A stretch of 64,000 nt of DNA from an uncultured Armatimonadetes bacterium (GCA_963717145.1 OY970325.1:32001-96000); one strand, 5' to 3'. Positions 43,031-54,570 are shown, numbered from the stretch's first letter. The notes: a model not told the origin generated them from the letters alone. Program-made: numbers and translations.

Positions 43031-43068
43031 TCGGGATTCGTTATCATTCATCAGTCAGTGATCAGTAA
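43031..43068. repeat. 38-bp dispersed repeat (second copy at 63908-63945)
   Basis: TCGGGATTCGTTATC(A/C)TTCATC(A/G)GTCAGTGATCAGTAA, 36/38 identical. Confidence 0.85.
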
Positions 43069-43079
43069 CAGGTTGGCAG

Positions 43080-44294
43080 TCATCCGGCCCTGCGCGCCGG
43101 GGTGTCGCGGAAAGGAATCCGCGCCTGGATGGTGGTGCCGCGGCCGGGTGCGGATTTGACCTCGAGCGCGCCCCCCACGGAGGCGGCGCGCTCGCGGATG
43201 CTGAACAGACCCAGGCCGCCCGTTCCGTTTCGTTTGGCCGGGTGACGATCCGGATCGAACCCGATCCCGTCGTCCGTGACGGCCAACTGAACAAAGTGGC
43301 CCTGCTGACGCAGGCCCACGGCCAGGTGGCGGGCGCGGGCGTGCTGCTCGACATTCTTCAAGACTTCCTGAAGGATGCGGTAGAGGGCGGTCTCGACGTC
43401 GGCGGGCAGGCGAGGGATTCTGCGCACGCCCCGCAGGTTGAGCTGAACGCGCGCGCGTTTGCCGAACTGGTTGCAGGCCATGCGCAACACGGGGAGCAGA
43501 CCCAGATCATGCAACGCGCTGGGATGCAGATCGCGGGCCAGGCACCGGACTTCCGCGGTGGCCTGGTCGAGGAGGTCGCGGAGCTTGAGCAGCTCGGCCC
43601 GGGAGGTGTGGGCCCGGGCGGGCAGCTTGCCCGCCAGGGTGTCGCAGCGCATCAGGACGGCGTAGGTCAACTGGGAAATGTGTTCGTGCAGCTCGATGGC
43701 CACACGCCGTCGCTCGGATTCCTGCACGTCCACCAGGCGGTGGGAGAGGGCCCGCAGCCGTTCCTCGCTCCGCCGGGCCTCCGTCATGTCGGTTACCACC
43801 ATGGTGATGGTCGCGCCCGGGGCCCCCGACGCGGGCAGCGGACGGATCGAGAGATGCACCGGCAGTTGCGAAGCGTCGCCGGCCTGGAGGAGCGCTTGGA
43901 TTTTGGAGCCGGATCGGGCCGCCTTTTTGAGGAGGGGTCGCAGCGCGGCCTGGTCGGCGGCGGAGAGAAAGCGGTGAAAGGAGCCACTGACCACCTGCTC
44001 GAGCGGGAGTTTGACCATGCGGGCGAAGCACTGGTTGGCGTAAAGAATCACCGCGTCCGCCGTCAGGGTGAGCCCGCCTTCGTTCATGGATTCGATGAGC
44101 ACGCGGTAGGCCTGTCCGGCCCCATCCAGGGTATAGACCTGCGGGCCCTGGCGGCCCGCCACCACCACCGCATCCACTTCGCCGCGGCGGATGGCCTGGA
44201 GGGTGAGCTCGGCGTCGGCCAGGCGGGCCCGAAGTTCGGCGAGCTGGCGGGCCGGGGCAGGGCGCGAGGAGGATTGGCGGCGGGCGGTTTTCAA
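43080..44294 (-). CDS. PAS-domain histidine kinase, HisKA_3 (NarX-like)
   Basis: YRVLIESMNEG PAS, ERRRVAIELHE H-box, LYRILQEVLKNVEQHA, DDGIGF, GLGLFSIRER. Confidence 0.92.
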   Translation of the reverse strand: MKTARRQSSSRPAPARQLAELRARLADAELTLQAIRRGEVDAVVVAGRQGPQVYTLDGAGQAYRVLIESMNEGGLTLTADAVILYANQCFARMVKLPLEQVVSGSFHRFLSAADQAALRPLLKKAARSGSKIQALLQAGDASQLPVHLSIRPLPASGAPGATITMVVTDMTEARRSEERLRALSHRLVDVQESERRRVAIELHEHISQLTYAVLMRCDTLAGKLPARAHTSRAELLKLRDLLDQATAEVRCLARDLHPSALHDLGLLPVLRMACNQFGKRARVQLNLRGVRRIPRLPADVETALYRILQEVLKNVEQHARARHLAVGLRQQGHFVQLAVTDDGIGFDPDRHPAKRNGTGGLGLFSIRERAASVGGALEVKSAPGRGTTIQARIPFRDTPARRAG

Positions 44295-44645
44295 AGGGTG
44301 GTGTTGCCGGTGGTGTCAAGATCCATGCCGACAAACAGGCCGGTGAGGCTGGACAGGTTGCCAATGAAGCGGCGCACCGGCCTGGGGAATTCCTTGACGA
44401 GCGTGGGGGTGGCGAGAATCTGGCCGTCGCGCGCCAGGATCGGCTGCTGGTAGATGTCGATCACCTCCAGTTCGCAGTTGCCGTGGAGTTCGGTTTCACA
44501 CAGTTGCCGGGCGCGCAGGATGGCCTGGCGCGACCGGGCGGTGGCCCCGGCCACGTAGAGTCGCAGGACGTATTTGCCGGCGGGCCGGGTGGCCAGGGCC
44601 TTTTCAAAGGCCTTGGTCGCACGGACGGGTTTTGTTTGTTTTCAC
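44291..44645 (-). CDS. kaiB: KaiB-family protein (copy 2; apparent frameshift just after the GTG start)
   Basis: KYVLRLYVAGATARS...EVIDIYQQP...ILATPTLVKEFPRPVRRFIGNLS. Confidence 0.88.
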
Positions 44646-44660
44646 GGGCGTTCCTTTCGA

Positions 44661-44990
44661 TCAATTGGCGGGGCGCAAATCCAAGCCGACGAGCACGCGG
44701 GCGGTGTCGGACAGGTCGCCAATGATTTTTCGCACGGGCTGGGGCAGCTTGCGCACCAGGGTGGGAATGGCCAGGATTTGGTCGCCCTTGGAAAGGCGGG
44801 GCTGCTCCAACAAATCGATCACCTCGATGCGATAGCGGCCGTGGAGGTGGGTTTCGCAAATCTGCTTCAGGTTGGAAAGCGCCGTCAGCGATTTGGGCGT
44901 CTGCCCGGCCACGTAAAGGCGCAGTTGCCAGAGTTTGGCCGGCCGGGGATGGGAACCGGAGGCGCGTCGTTTCATGGTTTTGGTTTTCAC
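44661..44990 (-). CDS. kaiB: KaiB-family protein (copy 1)
   Basis: [12 protein letters not shown]...EVIDLLEQP...[23 protein letters not shown]. Confidence 0.95.
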   Translation of the reverse strand: MKTKTMKRRASGSHPRPAKLWQLRLYVAGQTPKSLTALSNLKQICETHLHGRYRIEVIDLLEQPRLSKGDQILAIPTLVRKLPQPVRKIIGDLSDTARVLVGLDLRPAN

Positions 44991-46753
44991 TTTTTGTTCC
45001 CTGGTTTGGAGCTGCCGCGCGGGCCGCCTGCCCCGCCGGTGGCATCGGCCTGGCGCAGACGGGCCAATTCGGTCCGCTCGGCGTTCAGCACGCGCGTGCG
45101 CGTGCCGGCCTGCTCGTCCAAGCGCCGCAGTTCCACTTCGTCGCCCTCCTGCTCGGAGCGCAGCTCGGCGATTTGCCGTTCGAGCGCGGCGCGTTTGCGC
45201 GCCAGGTCGCGCTGGCGGCGGGCGGCTTCCTGCCGGGCGGCCAGGGCTTCGGCCTTTTCGCGGGCGGTTTGCGCCACCCGGGCCGCGCCGGTGAGGACGC
45301 CGCTGGGACCGATGTAGGCGTCCACCAGGTCAATGCCCCGGTTGGAAATGAGGAATTCGCGGACCTGGTTGGAGTGGGCCATGCCGCGGGCTTTGAGCAC
45401 GTAGAGCACGCGATTGCGTTCGCCGTTGCCTTCGAAGTCCTGCAAGAGCAGCCAGGCGTCCATGAGCGAGGACATGGCGATTTCACTTTGTTGCAGGGCG
45501 TGGCCGCCGTGGGTCAGGCTGGTAAAGAGCGAGGTGATTTGGCCGCCCTTGAGGAAGTCAATCAGCCGCGTGACCATGCCCTTGGTTTCGGTGTCGGTGC
45601 CGGCGACCAGCAGGCTGGTGATGGGGTCCACAATGACGAGGGCGGGCTGAAAGGCGGCGATCTCCTTGAACATGGTGGCCAGGTGCATTTCCAGGCCGTA
45701 GAGGGTGGGCCGGGCGGAGTGAAAGCGCAGCCAGCCGCGCTGGACCAGCGGCCCCAGGCGCAAGCCGATGGAACGCATGTTGCGGATGATCTGGTTGGGC
45801 GATTCCTCGAACGAGAAGAAGAGCACGCGCTCGCCGCGGCGGGCGGCGGCCTGGGCAATACAGGCGCCGACGCTGGTCTTGCCGGTGCCGGCGGTGCCCG
45901 TGAGCAGAATGCTGCTGCCGCGAAAGAAGCCGCGCCCGCTGAGCATGGCGTCGAGCCGCGGGATGCCGGTGGCAATCCGCTCGCTGGACACCTTGTGGTT
46001 GAGCCCCAGCGAGGTGATGGGCAGGACGCTGAGGCCCTGGTCGCCGATGAGGAAGGGAAATTCGTTGGTGCCGTGCAGGGCGCCGCGATATTTCACCACC
46101 CGCAGATGGCGCGTGGCAATCTGGTCATGGACCCGATGATCGAGCAGGATGACGCAGTCGGACACGTATTCCTCCAGCCCGTGGCGGGTGAGCTGCTCGC
46201 GGCCGCGCTCGGCCGTAATGACGGCGGTCACGCCCTTGTCCTTGAGCCAGCGGAAGAGCCGGCGCAGTTCGGCGCGCAGGATGGCTTCGTTAGGCAGGCC
46301 GGCAAACAGCGCTTCCAGGGTGTCCAGCACCACGCGCCGGGCGCCGATGGAATCGATCGCGTGATTGAGGCGGACGAACAACCCTTCCAGGTCATACTCG
46401 CCGGTCTCCTGGATTTCACTGCGCTCGATGTACACGTAATCGAGCACGATTTTTTTGCGCCGGACCAGGCCCGCCAGATCAAAGCCGAGCGATGCGACGT
46501 TGGCCGTCAACTCGGCTTCCGTCTCCTCGAAGGCGATGAACACGCCCGGCTCGCCGAACTGCGCGGCGCCGCGCACGAGGAATTCGGCGGCCAGCAGGGT
46601 TTTGCCGCAGCCCGCGCCGCCGCAGACCAGGGTGGGCCGCCCGCGCGGCAACCCGCCGCCGGTGATTTCGTCGAGACCCTGGATGCCCGTCGGACACTTG
46701 GGCAAACCAGGTGTCGGGGAGGTGGTCGAAGGAATGGTTCTGTTCATCGTCAT
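44987..46753 (-). CDS. kaiC: Circadian clock protein KaiC (KaiC2-like, with C-terminal coiled coil)
   Basis: Two RecA-like domains with Walker A GGAGCGKT and GTAGTGKT, two FEE motifs, phosphosite region [21 protein letters not shown]. Confidence 0.96.
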   Translation of the reverse strand: MTMNRTIPSTTSPTPGLPKCPTGIQGLDEITGGGLPRGRPTLVCGGAGCGKTLLAAEFLVRGAAQFGEPGVFIAFEETEAELTANVASLGFDLAGLVRRKKIVLDYVYIERSEIQETGEYDLEGLFVRLNHAIDSIGARRVVLDTLEALFAGLPNEAILRAELRRLFRWLKDKGVTAVITAERGREQLTRHGLEEYVSDCVILLDHRVHDQIATRHLRVVKYRGALHGTNEFPFLIGDQGLSVLPITSLGLNHKVSSERIATGIPRLDAMLSGRGFFRGSSILLTGTAGTGKTSVGACIAQAAARRGERVLFFSFEESPNQIIRNMRSIGLRLGPLVQRGWLRFHSARPTLYGLEMHLATMFKEIAAFQPALVIVDPITSLLVAGTDTETKGMVTRLIDFLKGGQITSLFTSLTHGGHALQQSEIAMSSLMDAWLLLQDFEGNGERNRVLYVLKARGMAHSNQVREFLISNRGIDLVDAYIGPSGVLTGAARVAQTAREKAEALAARQEAARRQRDLARKRAALERQIAELRSEQEGDEVELRRLDEQAGTRTRVLNAERTELARLRQADATGGAGGPRGSSKPGNKK

Positions 46754-46779
46754 TCAAGGTGTGGTTTTAGCGGACTGCA

Positions 46780-48197
46780 TCAGCGGGTCCCCCCCTCGGC
46801 TGGGCTGCCATCGAAAGGAATCTGCGCCCGGATGGTGGTGCCTTGGCCCGGTGCGGATTCGACGCTGAAGTTGCCGCCGACCATCTCCACCCGTTCTCTC
46901 ATGCCGAGCAGCCCCAGGCGCTTGTTCCTCTTGGCGTGCAACACGCGCTGCACCTCGAAGGATTTGCCGTCGTCTGTGATTTCCATGCGAATGGCGTCCG
47001 GGAGTTTCTGGAGGCTCACTTCCACCCGGCTGGCCTGCGCATGCCGGGCGACATTGGTCAGCGCTTCCTGGGCGACGCGATAGAGGACCGTGCGCTTGGC
47101 ACTGTCCAATTCGCTCAATCCGGCCGGAAGTAAAGGTCGTGAAGTGAATGCGGATACCCGTCCGCTTCGTGAAGTCCTTCATGAAGGAATGAAGGCGTGG
47201 CAATCAGTCCCAGGTCGTCCAGGACCGTCGGGCGCAGTTCGCGGGCGAACTGATGCACGATGTCCACCGACTTCTCCACCAGCCGTTGCGTCCGGGCGAT
47301 CGTTTTCTCCGAGCCCTTGGGGTTGACCCGGGCCTCGCTGGGCCAAGGTCGCCAGATGGACATTGATGCCCACCAGGGTCTGGGCGATTTCATCATGCAG
47401 CTCGCGGCTGATGCGCTTTCGTTCTTCCTCCTGCGCCTGCAGAATCTGATGGGACAGATGCCGCAGTTGTTCCTGCATGTGGCGCGACTGCTCCAACAAC
47501 TGGCTTTGGTGTTGCTCGCTTTTCTTGAGGGCTTCCTCCACCGCCTGCCGCCGGACAATTTCCCGCTCGCAACTCCCGGTTCGCAACCGCCAGAGCCTCC
47601 AGGCGGCGTTGCGCCTCCTCCGCCTGCTTGAGGGCGGTGATGTCCGAGACCGCCACCCGGCACCATTTCCGCGGACCGCTGAGGGAGATGGCGGAGGTGG
47701 CGTGGAAGTTCGCCCAGAAGGTGCGTGCCGTCCTCGTTCCGCAGCGGCGCCTCGCAGACCTGTTTTCCGGGCCCGGCGAAGACCTCTTCCAGGAAGGCCA
47801 GAAAGACCGGCTGGCTCGCCGGGGCCACAAAACGCGGCAAGCGCCGGTTGATGAGCCGGGACCGTTCCACGCCGAGCAAGGCGGCTCCCGTCAGGTTCAC
47901 CTCCAGGATCCGGCCCTGTTCATCCAGGGAGAAATAGCCGACCGGGGCGAAATCGTAGAGGTCGGTGTATTTCTCCAGCAGCGCCTCCATCCGGTCCCGG
48001 GCTTCCTGGAGCTCGGCGTTCTGCATCTCCAGTTCGACCTGGTGGACCTGCAATTCGTGGAGCAGCCGCTGGGGGTCGGCTGCCGACTTCGGATCTCCAG
48101 CCTCGGACGCTGATTTCCGCCGGTGCTCCCGCAGCCGGGCTTCGGCGCGGCGGCGCAGTTCGGCGGCATCGGCTGAGGTGTTTGACTTTCTCTTCAT
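46780..48197 (-). CDS. PAS-domain histidine kinase, HisKA_3 (frameshifted)
   Basis: HELQVHQVELEMQNAEL, LYDFAPVGY, ERKRISRELHDEIAQ, LYRVAQEALTNVARHA, LGLLGMRER. Confidence 0.9.
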
Positions 48198-48296
48198 GGC
48201 GCGGTCTTTTCCAGGTGATGGCAGCAATGAGTCATCAGTGATCAGCTGGTCACTCGGTCCGGCCCCAGGACCCGGGAAAGGATCTCCTGCAGTTTG

Positions 48297-49957
48297 TCAC
48301 CTGTCAAAGGGTTTCGCCAGGACGCCCTTGAACCCGTAGCGTTCAGGTTCCAGAACCACGGGATCGTTGGCGTATCCGCTCATGACAATGGCCTTCACGG
48401 CCGGGTCAATCTTGAGCAGCGCCTGGATCGCCTCCTGGCCCCCAACGCCAGCGCGAACCGTCAAATCCAGGAGGACCGCATCAAAGGGACGCCCCTGGTC
48501 CTTCGCGCTTCCGTAAACCTCGACGGCCCTCTGTCCATCCTCCACCAGTTCCACCTCGTGGCCCATCCGCTGGAGCAACGCTCCCAACCAGCTTTCCTCA
48601 CCCCTTCCTCGTCATCCATCACCAGGATCCTTCCCGGCCGCGGAAGGCTCGCTCGGCACCGATGCTTTCTCTTCGCCGAGCAACTTCCGGGAAGCGGGAA
48701 GGTGGATGTGGAAGGTGGTCCCCACCCCCAGCTCTGACTCCACGGCAATCGCTCCTCCATGTTTCTGAATGACCGTATGGCAGATCGTCAGCCCCAGACC
48801 CATGCCCTTTTGATCCCCCCTCTGCTTCGTCGAGAAATAGGGATCAAAGATCTTCGGCAGCACCTCCTTCGCAATGCCGCCGCCCTGGTCGGCAATGCTC
48901 ACCCGAACGTAATCCCCCGGCGGCAGGGAAGGATTTTCATGGGATCCCAGAACCACATTCTCCGCCCGGACGGAGATCACTCCTCCCTCCGGCATCGCTT
49001 CCCGCGCATTCAGGACCAGGTTCCGGATGACCTGTCCGATCTGCCCCGCGTCCACCTCCGCCAGCCAGAGATCCTCCGCCAGGGAGAATTCACACCGCAC
49101 CCGGGAACCGCTCAAGGCCGGCCGGACGGATTCCTGGATCACTCCGGACAGGCAGGTCGGCTTCCGGACCGGCGCGCCTCCTTTGGCAAAGGTGATGAGC
49201 TGCTGGGTCAAGCCTCGGGCCAGTCAAGGCGGTCTGCTTCGCCTCCTCCAGACGATGCGCCAACTCCTCGCCGGGCGGGATGAGCGTCTGGGCCAGTTCG
49301 AGGTTGAGGAGGATCACCGTGAGCAGATTGTTGAAATCATGGGCAATGCCGCCCGCCAGAATCCCCGTGGACTCCAGCTTGTTCAGAATGAGACGATCCT
49401 CCTCGGCCCGCTTGCGCTCGGTGATGTCCGTCAAGCACCGCGCGGCACTCCCGCCCCGACGCCGCCACCGCCGCTTCGATCCGCACCTCGACCGGGGGCT
49501 TGCCTTCCTTGAGGAGCGTCACCTCGCAGAACTCCCTGGCCTTGCTCTCGAAGACCTTCGTGAGGAAGGCGTTGAAAGCGGGCAGGTCGGCCGCGGAAAC
49601 GTAAAGCCCGAAGCGCCGCTTGACCAACCGGGATCGTTCGATCCCCAGCAGGCTGGCGCGGTGAGGTTGGCCTCGCGGATCGTCCCCTCGCGGTCGAGGG
49701 TCAGGTAGCCCACCGGGGCGAAATCATAGAGGTCGCTGTATTTTTCCAGCCCCGCCTCCATCTCGTCCCGGGCTTTCTGGAGTTCCTCGTTTTGCATCTC
49801 CAGCTCGATCTGGTGGACCTGCAATTCGTGGACGAGGCGCTGCGTGTCGGCTTCGGTTCGGGCCTGGCCCGTTTCCGGGTGCTGCTCCCGCAGGCGCTCT
49901 TCGGCGCGGCGGCGCAGTTCGGCGGCATCGGGTGAGAGCGTTCGGTTTCTTTTGCAT
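48297..49957 (-). CDS. Hybrid PAS histidine kinase/receiver (frameshifted)
   Basis: HQIELEMQNEEL, LAGGIAHDFNNLL, NLVLNAREAMP, FDPYFSTK, GLGL; receiver ILVMDDE...LLDLT...KPF. Confidence 0.9.
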
Positions 49958-49998
49958 GGCGGGTGCTTTCCAGTGAGTTGCCGGTCATCAGTGATCGA

Positions 49999-52673
49999 CT
50001 ACGGCCCTGGTCCCTTCCTTCGCCTCCGCTTCGCGGCTTGGTCCGCGACCCGCTTCTCCAAACCGGCCTGCTTCGCCCGCAACTTCGCCTCCAGCGTCTT
50101 GGCCGCGGTGATGTCCGCGAAGGTGATCACGACGCCGTCAATCCGGTCGTCCAGCGTGCGGTAGGGCATGATGCGCACGGTAAACCAGCGGCCGTCGCGC
50201 GCGCCAATCGGTTTTTCCGCCGAGGCCAGCGTCCGCAGCACCTCCCGCGCATCGTCGGCCAGTTCCGGGTAGCGCAGCTCCGAGGCCAGGTCGGTGATGG
50301 GCCGGCCCACGTCGGCCGGGATGAGCTTGATGATTTTCGTCGCCTGGGGGGTGAACCGCCGCACGTTGAGATCGTTGTCCAGAAACAGGGTGGCGATATC
50401 CGTGCTGTTGAGCAGGTTCTTCATGTCGTTGCTGGCCCGCGAAAGCTCGTCCACCTTGGCCTGCAACTCGGTGTTGAGCGTCTGGAGCTCCTCGTTCATC
50501 GATTGCATCTCCTCCTTCGAGGTGGTGAGTTCCTCGTTGGTGGACTGCAGTTCTTCATTGGTGGATTGCAGTTCCTCGTTGGCGGACCGGAGTTCCTCCT
50601 GCGAGGTCTGCATCTCTTCGTGGGTGGCCCGCGCCTCGGCGCGGACCTGCAGGAGTTCCTGCTCCAGTTCCGCCAGCCGCGCGCTGCGGGCGTGAGCCTT
50701 GGGCGGCCGGCCCGCCGCTTTGGCGGCCTCGGGCGCGGCCACGTCGGTGAAAACGATCATCACCAACCCCTGCAGCGGCCCGGGTTCCTCGAGTCGCTGG
50801 ACGGTCACATCCACGCACTGCTCGCCGCCGTTGGTCCCGACCTTGAGTCCGTGCAGCGCCACGCTGCCCTTTTGCCGGAGCGCTTTCTGGAAGGCGCCGG
50901 ACAGTTCGTAGCGCAGACCTTCGCGGGCCATGGCGAAGATGTTCCAGTTGGCCTTGCCGGCGGCCGGTTCCAGGTATTTGCCGGTGCGGCCGCTGATGTA
51001 GAAGATGTCGCCCTTGTCATTGACGAGCACGGCCGGCGGGGCGTAACGCTGCAGGACCAACTGATCCGCCAGGGACTGGAGACTGAGCGGCGGTTTCGCC
51101 GCCGGCCGCGCCTCCGGCCCGCCGGGCGGGGCCGCGCTAAAGGACGAGGGAAACTCGACCGGCTCCGGTCGCAGGCCGGACTCCGTCCGCCGAAAGATCC
51201 TGCGATTTGCCGCTGAGCGGGGCAAACAGGTCGGTGAAGCCGCCAATCGTCTCCGCGCTGCCGAGAAACAAAATGCCGCCGGGACTGAGGCTGTAGTGAA
51301 ACAGCGGAATCAGTTTCTTCTGCACCTCCGGGGCCAGATAGATCAGCAGGTTGCGGCAGCTCAGGATGTCCAGCTTGGTAAAGGGCGGATCCATGATGAG
51401 ATTCTGCGGCGCAAAGATCACCATCTCGCGAATCTCTTTGCGCACCCGGTAGCCGCGTTCTTCCTTGGCAAAGAACCGGCTCAGCCGCTCCGGCGACACG
51501 TCGGCGGCGATGTTGTCCGGAAAGACGCCCTGGCGGGCCTTGTCAATCGCGTCCCGGTCCAGGTCGGTGGCGAAGATCTGCAGGGCGAAATTCCCCTTGG
51601 GCTTGGCCTGCTCGACCGCCTCCTTGAACACGATGGCCAGGGAATAGGCCTCCTCCCCGGTGGAGCAGCCGGGCACCCACGCCCGCAGGGCCTGGCCGGG
51701 CGACCGGCTCGCGAGCAGCGCCGGAATGGCCTGCGTCGCGCAACTGCTCCCAGGCGGCGGGATCGCGGAAGAAGTTCGTCACCCCGATCAGCAACTCCTT
51801 GAAGAGCAGATCCAGCTCCTGCGAGTTCTCCTGCAAGTAGCGGACATAGGCGGCCATCTTGTTGATCTGGTGAATGCCCATGCGGCGCTCGATCCGGCGG
51901 TAGAGGGTGTTCCGCTTGTAGAGGGAAAAGTCGTGGCCGGTGTGGGCGCGCAGCAGGATGACCACCTTTTCCAGGGCGCTCTGCGTCTTGTCTTCCAGGG
52001 CCACTTCCGTCCGGGCGATGAGCGGGGTGCGCTGCAGATAGGCGATGATCTTCCCCGGCAGCTCGTCCACCGGGGCCACGATATCCGCCAGCCCGGCGTC
52101 AATCGCGCTGCGCGGCATGCCGTCGAATTTGGCCGTCGCCGGCTCCTGCACCAGCACCACGCCCGCCTTCTCCTTGATGGCGCGCAGGCCCAGCGTGCCG
52201 TCGGAGCCCATGCCGGAAAGAATCACGCCGATGCTGTGCTCCTGCTGGTCCTGCGCCAGGGAGCGGAGGAAGAAATCAATCGGCAGGCGCAGCCCGCGCG
52301 GCGCCGCCGGCTCGAGCAAGTGCAGGACCCCGTGCAGGATGGACATGTCCTTGTTCGGCGGGATCACATAGACGCAGTCCGGCCGCACCCGGGTGCGATC
52401 CTTGACCTGGATGACTTTCATGCCGGTGGCGCGCTGGAGCAGTTCGGGCATGATCCCCTTGTGCGTCGGGTCCAGGTGCTGGACGATGACAAACGCCATG
52501 CCGCTGCCCGCCGGCACGCGCCCCAGGAACTGCTCCAGGGCTTCGAGTCCCCCGGCGGAGGCGCCGATGCCGACGATGGGGAACGAGTACGCCTTTCGGG
52601 GAGGCGGGTGTTGCGCGGCAAGCAGCCTGGGCAGGCTTTTTCGGTCGCCGTTTCGGTGCAGATTTCGTTTCAT
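49999..52673 (-). CDS. CheB methylesterase/CheR methyltransferase/PAS fusion (frameshifted)
   Basis: CheB triad motifs GASAGG, VQHL, GMGSDG; CheR GCSTGEEAYS and SCRNLLIY; NEELQST heptad repeats; C-terminal PAS. Confidence 0.93.
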
Positions 52674-52891
52674 GATCCTGTCTCCTCCGGCCGCGAATCT
52701 GGCTCTGTCGCAGCGGCGCGTCCGGCTGGCTCAACTGGACACGGGTCTTCATCGCCGTGAAGCGAGTGTGCTCGATGGAATCGTTGGTCTCAACACGAAA
52801 GAGGGCCGGCTATCGCCTCCCCGGAGGTCTCGGTCGCAAGAGCCAAAGTGCCCATACGCGGGAGTTTATGGCTCGGAGCAACGTCCGAGCA

Positions 52892-52909
52892 ATGGGGTGA
52901 ACACCCCAT
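52892..52909. promoter_or_regulatory. Palindromic operator copy 7 (ATGGGGTGAACACCCCAT), bidirectional
   Basis: Minus-strand TAAACT at 52868-52863 (23-bp gap, toward cheBR-kai); plus-strand TAAATT at 52932-52937 (22-bp gap). Confidence 0.85.
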
Positions 52910-53040
52910 AGCGGCAGGTTTGGTCATGCCCTAAATTCTCCGCCAGTCGGCCAAATCCGGAAACGAGTGATCCTTAGATGTGCGCGCGAGCAATCCCGAC
53001 CTGGAATTGTCGTCCAGCCACCTGCCAACCCAAAAAGCTT

Positions 53041-53550
53041 ATGGAACAGCCCGGCCTGATGGAACATCGCCGCACGCGGAGCGGGAGCGAGCGTTCCTCG
53101 GACGAATCGCGGTATCTATTGAGCGTCGTCCTGGTCTTTGAAGATCTCGCAACGCGCGGATGGGCGGCGCAAGCTTTTGAGCGGGTGCAGCGGGCCAGCC
53201 AAATGCAAATTCAGAGCACCGAATGGCGCATCCGCCGCCTCCTGGACGAGCAGGAATTTCCAGAGGCGGTCGGGGCGGCGGCTCGGGCCGACGTCCTTGC
53301 GGTGGCGCTCCGTGCCGTCGAAGAGCCGCCCATCCCGCTCTGTGTGTGGATCGATGCCTGGCTGCCACGCCGGCTCCAGCGTCCGGGCGCCTTGCTGGCA
53401 TGGATCGGCCGGCTCGAACGACCGGGGGCCGGACCTTCGAGCGCCCAACAGTATCTGCAGGCGGTGGCGCGCCGGGCCGGCCTGGATTTTCTGCCAAGGG
53501 AAGCCCGCCCCGAGCGAAGGGTTGATCTGTGTTCAGAATACACCCTTTAG
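53041..53550 (+). CDS. Hypothetical alpha/beta protein, possibly a degenerate receiver-like fold (start may be 52978)
   Basis: SVVLVFED...AARADVLAVAL...WIDAWL...YLQAVARRAGLDF. Confidence 0.6.
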   Translation: MEQPGLMEHRRTRSGSERSSDESRYLLSVVLVFEDLATRGWAAQAFERVQRASQMQIQSTEWRIRRLLDEQEFPEAVGAAARADVLAVALRAVEEPPIPLCVWIDAWLPRRLQRPGALLAWIGRLERPGAGPSSAQQYLQAVARRAGLDFLPREARPERRVDLCSEYTL

Positions 53551-53571
53551 GCTCAGAGCCGAGTCCGAACA

Positions 53572-53589
53572 ATGGGGTGTTCAGCCCAT
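53572..53589 (+). promoter_or_regulatory. Palindromic operator copy 8 (ATGGGGTGTTCAGCCCAT)
   Basis: 1 mismatch; TAAATG at 53613 (23-bp gap) in an AT-rich stretch before the DUF4197 gene. Confidence 0.75.
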
Positions 53590-53653
53590 AGGCCGATCTC
53601 CGGCCCCAGGTGTAAATGTGATATATTGATTCATGTTGAAAGGCGTACCGAAT

Positions 53654-54403
53654 ATGAGAACCTTGCTCTCCTGCCTGGCAGCGATTCCATTCCTGCTCAC
53701 ACCGTGCGCCCACGGCGCGGGTTGGCTCGACCGACTCGGCTTCGGCACCAAGACAACCAACCCACCTTCGGGGATCGCCGCCAGCGCGCTCTCCCAGGAC
53801 CAAATGGTTGGCGGACTCAAAGAAGCCCTGGGCAAGGGGGTCGAGCATGCGGTCGGCTCGCTCGGCAAGCCGGACGGCTTCCTCAAAGACACGAGCGTCA
53901 AGATTCCCCTGCCGGCCACACTGAAGAAGGTGGAAAGCTCCCTGCGGATGCTGGGTCAGAAACAACTGGCCGATGACTTCGTGACGACCCTGAATCGCGC
54001 GGCGGAACAGGCCGTGCCCGAAGCGGCGGGCGTGCTGGGCCAGTCCATCCAGCAGATGAGCCTGACTGACGCCAAAGCGATCCTGACCGGCACGAACAAC
54101 GCCGCCACCCAATACTTCCGGCGGACCAGCGAGACCAATCTCTACGAGCGGTTCCTCCCCATCGTGGCCAAGGCCACCGAACAAACCGGCGTGACCAGCG
54201 CCTACAAAAAGATGGTGGGCCAGGCCAGTTTCGCCGGCTCGCTCCTGGGTCAGGACGCGGGGAACCTCGACGCCTACGTGACGCACAAGACGCTCGACGG
54301 GTTGTTCGTGAAGATCGCCGACGAGGAGAAACGCATTCGGGAGAATCCGGTGGCCCGCACCACCGATTTGCTGCAAAAGGTGTTCGGCGCTGTTCAGAAA
54401 TGA
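53654..54403 (+). CDS. Secreted DUF4197 protein
   Basis: Signal peptide; GLKEALGKG, LNRAAEQAVP, AATQYF and EEKRIRENPVARTTDLLQKVFG motifs. Confidence 0.9.
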   Translation: MRTLLSCLAAIPFLLTPCAHGAGWLDRLGFGTKTTNPPSGIAASALSQDQMVGGLKEALGKGVEHAVGSLGKPDGFLKDTSVKIPLPATLKKVESSLRMLGQKQLADDFVTTLNRAAEQAVPEAAGVLGQSIQQMSLTDAKAILTGTNNAATQYFRRTSETNLYERFLPIVAKATEQTGVTSAYKKMVGQASFAGSLLGQDAGNLDAYVTHKTLDGLFVKIADEEKRIRENPVARTTDLLQKVFGAVQK

Positions 54404-54570
54404 CGGGCGGGTGGCTCGGCCCGAGCTGCTGCGAGACGACCTCCGTTGGCGCGCGTGGGCGGGGCGACCCGCGCCCAGCCGCTCTGGCGGGTAAGTGACA
54501 GAGGGCCGAAGCGCCTCGCCCCCGCCAGCAATCCGCCCCGCGTTGTCGGCGAACACCGGCGCGAGGGCAA

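Noticed and set aside
50480-50620. 21-bp tandem-like repeats
   Set aside because: They encode the normal NEELQST heptads of CheBR fusion proteins.
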